Shown: positions 27,069 to 34,455 of the stretch, piece after piece | Layout: every line of letters begins with the position of its first letter | How positions within the stretch are numbered: the first letter of the stretch is position 1 | From: a virus | Taxonomy: Duplodnaviria > Heunggongvirae > Uroviricota > Caudoviricetes | Reading direction: 5' to 3' (one strand) | DNA length: 34,455 nt | IMG/VR virus record: IMGVR_UViG_3300046787_000353 | Coordinates: 64,001-98,455 of that record | Made by a program: the position numbers and the translations under genes | Notes under the pieces: generated by a model | What the model saw: only the letters and a program-made list of their open reading frames with translations | Told to the model about the DNA's origin: nothing | Database searches by the model: none

Positions 27069-27932
27069 TTATTTTCCATCACAAATTCCTCGTTGTTTAA
27101 ATTCACACCAATCACATAGCTTTGATGGTCGTTTTGGATATTCCACATCGGTTCTATACGAACCATCTTCATTAAATACACTATCTACGAATTCGGTAAA
27201 TCCTTTCCATGCTTTATTCATAGATGGTTTACCGCTCGCAGGAACGTGTCTACTAATACGTGGGATATGGAAATCAGCCGTTTCCGATACTTTACGTTTT
27301 AGAATCATAAATTCAACATCAATCATATCAGGTGAAATACCTAATAATTCTGCGTAGAATTTTTTATATAATAAAATTTGTGAATTTTTAACCGGGTCGG
27401 TTTTCTGATATTTACCCCATCCTCTAGTGGATGTTTTGAAATCGGTAATACGATATCTACCAGTCGATTTGTTTCTAACAATAAAGTCAATAAATCCTAA
27501 AAAAGATACATTCTCACCTATCTTAGTATTGATAACTTGCTCAATTGCAACTAACTCATCATCTTTTAAAGAAAAAAAGTTGTTGAAATTTTTAGATTTC
27601 TGAAAGTAGTCTAAAATTAGATACCCATCTTCTAAAAACTCCACCAACTCTTCTTTAGAACATATCGGGTTTTGCCCATCGTTTGATTCCTTAATAAAGA
27701 ATTCTCTCATTTTTTCTTTAAGAAATTCTTTTGTATTCATATTCTTATCAGCTTGTGATTTGGATATGGTAAGACATCTACTTAGATACTCTTGTAAGGT
27801 TTCGTGCATCGCAGAACCAAACACCGAATGTATATTAGACGATGAATCTCTCAACTCATCTATGTAACTAAATTTGTATTGTTGTGGACAACTACTCCAC
27901 ATACTATATTGGGAAAATGAAACTCTAGCCAT
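27069..27932 (-). CDS. PD-(D/E)XK nuclease with Fe-S staple (Cas4/AddB-like exonuclease)
   Basis: SCPQQY, FGSAMHE, GFIDF...ITDFKT, QILLY, terminal CDWCEFKQRGIC (1+3 Cys pattern). Confidence 0.88.
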   Translation of the reverse strand: MARVSFSQYSMWSSCPQQYKFSYIDELRDSSSNIHSVFGSAMHETLQEYLSRCLTISKSQADKNMNTKEFLKEKMREFFIKESNDGQNPICSKEELVEFLEDGYLILDYFQKSKNFNNFFSLKDDELVAIEQVINTKIGENVSFLGFIDFIVRNKSTGRYRITDFKTSTRGWGKYQKTDPVKNSQILLYKKFYAELLGISPDMIDVEFMILKRKVSETADFHIPRISRHVPASGKPSMNKAWKGFTEFVDSVFNEDGSYRTDVEYPKRPSKLCDWCEFKQRGICDGK

Positions 27933-27949
27933 TACTTATATTGTTTATA

Positions 27950-27981
27950 CAAATATACAACTTTTATTTCATTATTCCAAA
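27950..27981 (-). promoter_or_regulatory. Bacteroidota-type promoter (TTTG-N20-TATATTTG)
   Basis: Perfect consensus 17 nt upstream of the nuclease ATG. Confidence 0.85.
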
Positions 27982-27983
27982 TA

Positions 27984-28436
27984 TTATATCTTTAATTTTA
28001 ACTTTGTAATTTGCTTTTTGTCAATTCCGTATTTCTCCGAAATGTACTTCAAATTCTCTCTGCCTTCTCTGGTTGCATATAATACTTCCAAATAGTCGTG
28101 TGCTTGTCTTTCTGAACAACTATATTCTTTTTGAAGTAATTCCACGATAAATGCTTCATACTTTTCGGCAGATTTACCTTTCATATATTTCAGAAAATAC
28201 CTACCTTTTGGAATAACATTGATATACAACTTATACATATCCTTCGGTTCAAGTGTTTGAGTCAAAGGTAGTATAGTTGCAATCAATTCAACCCAATCAG
28301 GGTTCATCGAAAGAAAACGATTAATCATAAAATTACTCCACGTTTTCTTATCTTCTTCCGATAGTTTTTCATAATACTTCGGGTCTTGCTCGTTGGTTAT
28401 AGCCTTTATGTGGTCAAATAACGTTTTACCAGCCAT
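27984..28436 (-). CDS. Clamp loader small subunit, T4 gp62-like
   Basis: LFDHIKAI...FMINRFLS...MYKLYINVIPKGRYFLKY resembles the gp62 family; two genes from the gp44-like ATPase. Confidence 0.7.
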   Translation of the reverse strand: MAGKTLFDHIKAITNEQDPKYYEKLSEEDKKTWSNFMINRFLSMNPDWVELIATILPLTQTLEPKDMYKLYINVIPKGRYFLKYMKGKSAEKYEAFIVELLQKEYSCSERQAHDYLEVLYATREGRENLKYISEKYGIDKKQITKLKLKI

Positions 28437-28437
28437 A

Positions 28438-28680
28438 TTATTCTATTGTTGGAGTTTTAACTTCTCTTAATTCAAGAGGTAATAACTCTTGTAGTGGTTT
28501 TCCACAAGCCGTACATAAGTACATTTCAATTGGAATAATTGTATCCTGTGGGTTTCCAGTCATTATCTTACTTAATTTTTTGAATCTATAACCTGGCATA
28601 AATGTATTATTACCACAATCACAATTCATATCCCTTGCATCTTTTAAATTAATACCTGCCGGTAATCCTTGTCCTTCCAT
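28438..28680 (-). CDS. Small zinc-ribbon-like protein
   Basis: CDCG...CTACG; 80 aa; sits between the clamp loader genes. Confidence 0.7.
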   Translation of the reverse strand: MEGQGLPAGINLKDARDMNCDCGNNTFMPGYRFKKLSKIMTGNPQDTIIPIEMYLCTACGKPLQELLPLELREVKTPTIE

Positions 28681-29627
28681 TATCTTATGATATTTATAAG
28701 TTGAATTAATAATGATGCGAATACTATTTCCTTATCAACAACCAATGCATCTTTTGATTGTGCTTCAGCGATTGCTAAAATGATATTTGCTGTGTTACCA
28801 CCTGCGTAATCATCTACTTTATCGTATAAGAAAGTGTACATCTCTGTATAATCAGTCATCTGATTATCTAATACCATTTGTCTTGTTTTCAAATATAGAT
28901 TTCTCTTATCATCATTACCTTTAAGTGCTTCCACTAATTTGGTTTTGAAATCTGATTCAATCATAATTGCTTTATCCACTTTCAATTCTCCCTTATTCGA
29001 TTGTAATTGACAGGTATTTAAAATTCTGCGGATATCTGGGTAATATGTACTTACGATTTCAGCTACATTTTTTAAATCGTATGTAATCTTTTCAGTATCC
29101 AAAATCTTAGCTACTTGCATTGCTACATCCTTTTTCGTTGGAGGTGTGATTGCAAATGATTGACATCTACTTTGAATTGGGTCAATGATTTTTTCAATGT
29201 AGTTACACGTTAAAATGAATCTACAATGCTTACTAAACGTTTCCATTAAGTTACGCAAGATTGCCTGTGCATTTGGAGTCATATAATCAAACTCATCCAA
29301 AATTACAACCTTAAATCCAGCAAAACCTACCGATGATGCGAATCCTTTTACTTTGTTACGAACTGTATCAACGTTGTTTTCATCCGATGCGTTAATAATC
29401 ATAAAATCACATTTGATTGTGTTTACGATTAATTTAGCAAGTGTGGTTTTACCTGTCCCAGCTTTTCCATATAACAATAGATGTGGGATATCGTTACTAT
29501 CCAAATATTGCTGAATAGTTTCTTTGATGGTTTCGTTACCAACATAGTCAGCTAAAGTTTGTGGGCGGTATTTCTCCACCCACAAGCTATGCTCTTTTGT
29601 ATTAATGTTATTTGCGAAAAAGCTCAT
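28680..29627 (-). CDS. Clamp loader AAA+ ATPase (T4 gp44/RFC small-subunit-like)
   Basis: LWVEKYRP, LLYGKAGTGKTT, INASDE, ILDEFD, FILTCN, IQSRC. Confidence 0.95.
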   Translation of the reverse strand: MSFFANNINTKEHSLWVEKYRPQTLADYVGNETIKETIQQYLDSNDIPHLLLYGKAGTGKTTLAKLIVNTIKCDFMIINASDENNVDTVRNKVKGFASSVGFAGFKVVILDEFDYMTPNAQAILRNLMETFSKHCRFILTCNYIEKIIDPIQSRCQSFAITPPTKKDVAMQVAKILDTEKITYDLKNVAEIVSTYYPDIRRILNTCQLQSNKGELKVDKAIMIESDFKTKLVEALKGNDDKRNLYLKTRQMVLDNQMTDYTEMYTFLYDKVDDYAGGNTANIILAIAEAQSKDALVVDKEIVFASLLIQLINIIR

Positions 29628-29629
29628 AA

Positions 29630-29929
29630 TTAATTTTTAATGAATACTCCATTTTCGGTTTTACCCGTTCTGTCTTTAATCTCATTCCAAGCTGCTTCTA
29701 AACAATCAACAGGTTCTAAGCCTAATTGTTTTGCTAAGATAATAAGTGTTACAAATGAATCACCAATACCATCTTTGATTTCAGCTTCTTTGTTTTTCAA
29801 CAATGCTCCAGATGTTTCACCTACCTCTTCCATTACTTTTAGTAATTGTTTAGGTGCATTTTCTTTTTTTAAGATGTTTTTATCATCTGCCCATTGGCTT
29901 ACGTTTTCGATTAAATTGTCAAATGTCAT
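29630..29929 (-). CDS. MazG-like NTP pyrophosphohydrolase
   Basis: KVMEEVGE...IKDGIGD, AWNEIKDR.G acidic motifs. Confidence 0.88.
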   Translation of the reverse strand: MTFDNLIENVSQWADDKNILKKENAPKQLLKVMEEVGETSGALLKNKEAEIKDGIGDSFVTLIILAKQLGLEPVDCLEAAWNEIKDRTGKTENGVFIKN

Positions 29930-29930
29930 A

Positions 29931-30236
29931 TTATTTTTTTTGTTCTGCTCTTAATTTTTTAGTTTCTTCTGTGATTTCTCGTGGGAAGATTCTAAATGCC
30001 ATTCCGTTTTGAGTAAAGTTCATTCCTTCCGATTTTACTGGCTTCAATTCAAATGTAAGGTTTCCAGGTTCTTCACCTTCTGCCGACCATCCAAATACTA
30101 CCGGCTCATTATCAAAGAATTGAAAACACCATTCGGCATCTTTCAATGGTTCTTCGGGTGTAGTTGGTAGAACCGACCCATTTGCCGATTCTAAATTTAT
30201 TTCTTCGTTTGCTGCGAATCCGTTATCTTCTATCAT
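29931..30236 (-). CDS. Acidic hypothetical protein
   Basis: 101-aa ORF in tight operon context. Confidence 0.75.
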   Translation of the reverse strand: MIEDNGFAANEEINLESANGSVLPTTPEEPLKDAEWCFQFFDNEPVVFGWSAEGEEPGNLTFELKPVKSEGMNFTQNGMAFRIFPREITEETKKLRAEQKK

Positions 30237-30242
30237 AATTTA

Positions 30243-30956
30243 TTAGTTTGAGATTTCCACTAAATAATAACGACAATTGAACTCATCAATTTTGAAATTG
30301 ATTGTAGCCAATCCATCTGGCGATACACTCAATTTAGCCGATGTAGCCTCTTTGTTAGCCGTTAAGATTTCTTTTAAATATTTTGCTGAAAATGAAATTG
30401 GTTTTACATCACCTGTGAATCCTTTGATTGCTGTGAATGTAACTCTATTTGTTGAGATTGTAGAGTAACCAATTGCAAGTTTTAAATCACCACCTTCTGG
30501 GAAGATTGTAAATGTATCGATATCACTCAATGCTCCCTTTGCTTTGATGAACTTGTCAATCATAGAAGAAGTCATCTCAATATCAATATTGAAATCAGGT
30601 AATTGTTTCAAATCAGGTACAACCGGAATTACACCTAAATCTGCTAATTGATACGAAGTTTCAGTATCATCCGATGCTAATTTCAATACGGTAGCTTTAT
30701 CACCAGCCATATCTACTTTTAAACTTAAATCGTTATCTAAAATTCCTACCAAATTCTTTAATAAAGAAGTTGTGTAAATACCAATGTTGAATGGGGTTGA
30801 TGTAAATCCATCAAAATCCACTTCACCTAACATCGTTTTGTCATCGGAAATAAATCTAACTGATAATTTAGTTCCTTCTGCGTTCCATGCTACTGATTCA
30901 ATTACTCCACCTAATGAGTATTTCTGAATGAAGCGTAATAAATGTTGCTTGTTCAT
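30243..30956 (-). CDS. DNA polymerase sliding clamp (T4 gp45-like)
   Basis: 237 aa with a repeated beta-alpha clamp-like pattern (FNIGIYTTSLLKNLV; FSAKYLKEIL); lies between PolB and the clamp loader. Confidence 0.8.
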   Translation of the reverse strand: MNKQHLLRFIQKYSLGGVIESVAWNAEGTKLSVRFISDDKTMLGEVDFDGFTSTPFNIGIYTTSLLKNLVGILDNDLSLKVDMAGDKATVLKLASDDTETSYQLADLGVIPVVPDLKQLPDFNIDIEMTSSMIDKFIKAKGALSDIDTFTIFPEGGDLKLAIGYSTISTNRVTFTAIKGFTGDVKPISFSAKYLKEILTANKEATSAKLSVSPDGLATINFKIDEFNCRYYLVEISN

Positions 30957-30995
30957 ACTTTTTTTTTGTTTGTTTAAAATTTAATTATTGTTCTA

Positions 30996-31027
30996 CAAAT
31001 ATACTATAAATTTTTCAAAATACCAAC
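30996..31027 (-). promoter_or_regulatory. Bacteroidota-type promoter (GTTG-N20-TATATTTG)
   Basis: Perfect -7 element ~40 nt upstream of the clamp ATG; TTGG at conserved spacing, overlapping the end of the upstream ORF. Confidence 0.75.
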
Positions 31028-31762
31028 TGTTTTTAGATATTTGTGTAAATTTTGTGCATATTCTTTGTTTTCATCCGATGTGGCATGCTCATGTACATCT
31101 GAATATTGTTTATAATCTCCATCGAATCGGTTATCATCGGTGTATTCGGTATTAACGAATGTACCATTCCAGATAAATGGGATATTTTTGTTTTTTAAAT
31201 AATTGGAAATCAGTAAATGATTTTTTAACCAATTGATGTAATCATCTTCGGGGTTTGATACTGAACTTAGCATTTCAAATTCACGCATACCATCCGAATG
31301 TTCTTTATAATATCCCCAAGGATTTAAAGCGAATGGTTCAATTCCACCATCGGATTTGTAATATTCTCTACGAGATGGATATGTGTACATTACTAAAACT
31401 AAATTCGGAGTAACCTTATCCACAAACGTTAGAATTGTTCTAGCTATATAGTCATTACTTCTACCACTATACCCAAAATTCAAATCCACACTATTTGGAA
31501 TGGATTTAGATAAGTGATACGGCCAAGTCCCATCATCGGAAACGCCTATCCCTTCGGTATGCGAACACCCAACACTCATTATTTTGAATCCATTTTTTAA
31601 AAACGAATCACCTCTGAAACCTAATTCATTATAAGTGTAGGTATTCTCCGAACTATTATCCGAACCAGAGCCTTGGAATCTTCTTCCAACTCTCTCTTTC
31701 AGTTTCCATCTGAATGATGTTACATCAAATGTTATAGGTTTCCAAAATTTTAATCCTTTCAT
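31004..31762 (-). CDS. SGNH/GDSL-like hydrolase-fold protein
   Basis: SVGCSHTEGIG, TWPYHL, NFGYSGRSND, terminal HEHATSDEN. Confidence 0.65.
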   Translation of the reverse strand: MKGLKFWKPITFDVTSFRWKLKERVGRRFQGSGSDNSSENTYTYNELGFRGDSFLKNGFKIMSVGCSHTEGIGVSDDGTWPYHLSKSIPNSVDLNFGYSGRSNDYIARTILTFVDKVTPNLVLVMYTYPSRREYYKSDGGIEPFALNPWGYYKEHSDGMREFEMLSSVSNPEDDYINWLKNHLLISNYLKNKNIPFIWNGTFVNTEYTDDNRFDGDYKQYSDVHEHATSDENKEYAQNLHKYLKTVGILKNL

Positions 31763-34323
31763 TAGAATGCGAAAAACTTTTTAGCTGTTTTAGTATCGTT
31801 TGATGCTTTCTCCCATTTCAATGCGTTATAGAAATCATTTACTTTATTTTCCAACTCTGCTTTATAAATCATATCTCTATCAACATATTGCTCTACGAAA
31901 TCCATAATCTCTTTCGGGTCATTATAATCCTTAAATGCCACAGTATCTAATCCCAATGGATTTGTTTTAAGATATACCCATTTTACTTTATCTCCATCTC
32001 TAATCGGTTCGTTCTTAAACGGGCAATCAAAGAATTTCAATAATCGATTATAGGTAATACCAGCTTTGACGTGTGCAGGAGTTCCTTTCTCAAAAGATGC
32101 GATTGATTCTCCACCATCTTTTCTCCAAGTACCTTTATCATACTTACTCAACTCCTTAATTGCCCCACCCTTTGCTATGGTTCTCACCGGCAATGATGGC
32201 ATACTATTTTTGAATTCCAATAACTTCTTATCAACATAATCATTATCTTTACCCATAAGGATATCTTTCAACATACCACTCATTTGGTCCTGAAATGCTT
32301 TTGGAAATGATGAGCGAACTACATCTAATCCTTTAACATCTAACTTATCACATGGGATACCATTTTTCATAATCATCCATTGTGCGTATCGTTTCTTTGC
32401 TACCCAAAATCCTGCTTTACTGATATATTCTTTTTTGATTTCAAATCTATGTTTCTCTTTTGGAATATAGAAGAATCTTTCTGCTAACATATCATAGAAA
32501 GTATTCAAAAATGTTTGAGTTTCTTCAGCGATGGTGTTCACTTCGGTTGCCATTCTCTTCTCATCAAACTCTTTATAATTTGGATAACGATGTTTTACCA
32601 ATGGCTCAGCCATCATATAGATAGAATCCGTATCGATATACACATTATAATCTATTTTAGTACCCAACTCCTTCCAATATTTGATGTTAGCCATTTCAGC
32701 AGTTTTTTTAATTACTACTTGCCCTGTCAATGTTACTGCTTCTGCATTATCCACATCATAGAATCGGAATGCAGGTAAACCTAACACACCATACATTGAG
32801 TTCAAAAGAATCTTTTGTACTAACTGACGTTTAGCATAGAATTCATATTTTTCAGTATCACCTGCTTCACCAAATTGTTTTTCTAACTTTCTGAACTCCA
32901 CACGTTTATCAAACCAATTGTTAAGAATATCTGCGATTAGACCGGGTTTATCTTGTGTATAAAGAACTCCATTTGCCGCAATACCCAAATTACTATCTTT
33001 GATAACTTCCTTCAATTCCTGACTAGTATATGAGTACTCATCGCCATCCTTACCAACGACCTTATAAGTTTTGTCAGCTCCTCTAATGTTTTCTTCGGCA
33101 TCCCAACCTTCAACCTTACCCACTTTAGTTTCTGGCGAAATATTAAGTGTCATAATGATTGATGGATATAGGGAGGTTAAATCCAAATCATAAATCCAAT
33201 CATACTTACCAACGATAGGTTCTTTAACGTATGCTCCAATGAATTTCTCCTGATTGTTATCCTTCAATGCTTGCATTCTTTCTCTCCTATCTTTTGGTTT
33301 ATTAGTTGCTATTAAACCTTTTGTTTTAAGATATCCTAAACAAGCACCTTCCAACCACTTCGATGAATAAATGTAATCTTCATACGGAACGAATCCCGCA
33401 TGACAAACTGCTCTACATAATTCAATAAATTGTAATTTATTATCCATTGCTACAACCAATTCCACATCGGTAATGTTATACTCAATGAATTTCTCTAAAT
33501 CTGTTTCGAACAAATCATCCAAACTTCCTTCGTACTCCAACTTACCTCTACCCAATTCTTTAGTAGCGATGTAGTTTAATGTATAAGATGCTTCCAATGT
33601 ATAAGTGTAGGTTTTGTATAGATTGATATAATCCAAAATACTTACACCACCAAAACTGAACTTCTCTCTGTATGGCGACCAGAATGCTTCTCCAATACGA
33701 GATAACCTCTTAGCATGTCCTTCTCCACACACATTTTTAATACGATTGTAAATGTATGGAATATCAAAGAAGTCGATGTTCCATCCAGTTAAGATAGTTG
33801 GGTCAACCCCCTGATAATAGTTAAGGAATGCAAGTAATAGATTTTTCTCATTGTTGAAAATGTGAACCTTTACTTCCCTACCATCTTTACTAAATTCTTT
33901 AGCGTTGTTTTTGATTTTATTGGCTTTATCCAATACAAACACTTCGTAGATTTTTGAAACCGAATCCGTAGATGCGATTGCTGTAATCTCATTTTGTGCT
34001 TCTTTTGTGTTTGGTAATCCACTAATCATTTCAACCTCAATATCGAAAGTAAGGACTGTGTGTCCTTTTGATGGTAAATCATTATCATACATATCCACCA
34101 ACACTCTCGTTGTTTCAGGGATATCCGATTCAAATAAATCATCGGCATCTTCCTTTTCCCACTTTGAAATACGGGTCAATTTATCTCCATACATTGATAG
34201 ATGTTGACCGTATGGGTCTTTCTTATATGCATACTTTCGGTATGGCATTGTAGAATATCCCGTTGTATCATCCCATAGGTGAATTAAATTCTTACTTCGT
34301 TCGTAATAAATGTTTTGATACAT
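31762..34323 (-). CDS. Family B DNA polymerase (T4 gp43-like) with 3'-5' exonuclease
   Basis: Exo DIEVE, GWNIDFFDIPY, YNITDV; Pol DLDLTSLYPSII, KILLNSMYG, YIDTDS, KKRYA. Confidence 0.97.
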   Translation of the reverse strand: MYQNIYYERSKNLIHLWDDTTGYSTMPYRKYAYKKDPYGQHLSMYGDKLTRISKWEKEDADDLFESDIPETTRVLVDMYDNDLPSKGHTVLTFDIEVEMISGLPNTKEAQNEITAIASTDSVSKIYEVFVLDKANKIKNNAKEFSKDGREVKVHIFNNEKNLLLAFLNYYQGVDPTILTGWNIDFFDIPYIYNRIKNVCGEGHAKRLSRIGEAFWSPYREKFSFGGVSILDYINLYKTYTYTLEASYTLNYIATKELGRGKLEYEGSLDDLFETDLEKFIEYNITDVELVVAMDNKLQFIELCRAVCHAGFVPYEDYIYSSKWLEGACLGYLKTKGLIATNKPKDRRERMQALKDNNQEKFIGAYVKEPIVGKYDWIYDLDLTSLYPSIIMTLNISPETKVGKVEGWDAEENIRGADKTYKVVGKDGDEYSYTSQELKEVIKDSNLGIAANGVLYTQDKPGLIADILNNWFDKRVEFRKLEKQFGEAGDTEKYEFYAKRQLVQKILLNSMYGVLGLPAFRFYDVDNAEAVTLTGQVVIKKTAEMANIKYWKELGTKIDYNVYIDTDSIYMMAEPLVKHRYPNYKEFDEKRMATEVNTIAEETQTFLNTFYDMLAERFFYIPKEKHRFEIKKEYISKAGFWVAKKRYAQWMIMKNGIPCDKLDVKGLDVVRSSFPKAFQDQMSGMLKDILMGKDNDYVDKKLLEFKNSMPSLPVRTIAKGGAIKELSKYDKGTWRKDGGESIASFEKGTPAHVKAGITYNRLLKFFDCPFKNEPIRDGDKVKWVYLKTNPLGLDTVAFKDYNDPKEIMDFVEQYVDRDMIYKAELENKVNDFYNALKWEKASNDTKTAKKFFAF

Positions 34324-34324
34324 A

Positions 34325-34455
34325 CTATGCTCTTAATTTTTCGTTTAATATTTTAATCATTCTACCATCGTTTAATGATAGTTCTTTTGCTCTTTCGATA
34401 CTCTTCATAGATTGTTCTAATTTGAATTCACTATTATCTAATAATCTGTCCAAAG
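34325..34455 (-). CDS. 3' end of a gene entering from the right edge
   Basis: Open frame ...LDRLLDNSEFKLEQSMKSIERAKELSLNDGRMIKILNEKLRA* ending 1 nt before the polymerase ATG. Confidence 0.65.
   Translation of the reverse strand, partial: LDRLLDNSEFKLEQSMKSIERAKELSLNDGRMIKILNEKLRA

Noticed and set aside
27069-27932. CRISPR-Cas locus suggested by the Cas4-like nuclease
   Set aside because: No repeat-spacer array or other cas genes were seen; standalone Cas4-like nucleases are common in phage replication modules.
31762-34323. Intein or intron in the polymerase; YIDTDS instead of YGDTDS as a sign of altered function
   Set aside because: The length is normal, with no splicing motifs; the catalytic Asp residues are intact, so one substitution is not enough evidence.

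Overview
A 34.5 kb, densely packed stretch in which essentially all real genes lie on the minus strand. It is best read as part of a large T4-like-replisome (jumbo-type) phage infecting a Bacteroidota host. Phage evidence: family B DNA polymerase, gp45-like clamp, gp44/gp62-like clamp loader and a PG-binding + GH19 endolysin. Host evidence: six -33/-7 (TTG/TAnnTTTG-type) promoters, A/T-rich starts without Shine-Dalgarno sites, DUF4494, an Hc1-like protein and a Bacteroidota-type TonB-dependent transporter. In transcription order (right to left) it has four blocks: (i) a replication module; (ii) a ~14 kb glycan island with 8 glycosyltransferase-like genes, an HddA-like heptose kinase, a cupin, an APS-kinase-like gene, a HAD protein and SGNH-like paralogues; (iii) a host-like block with Hc1, a 1091-aa Oar-like TonB-dependent transporter, GroEL without adjacent GroES, DUF4494, a nucleotidyltransferase and a ferredoxin; (iv) small basic proteins, a ParB/Srx-like protein, a possible ADP-ribosyltransferase-like protein, the endolysin, ThyA and two exported proteins. 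Several real-looking ORFs under 60 aa are missing from the supplied track. All family assignments come from motif recognition by eye, not database searches.
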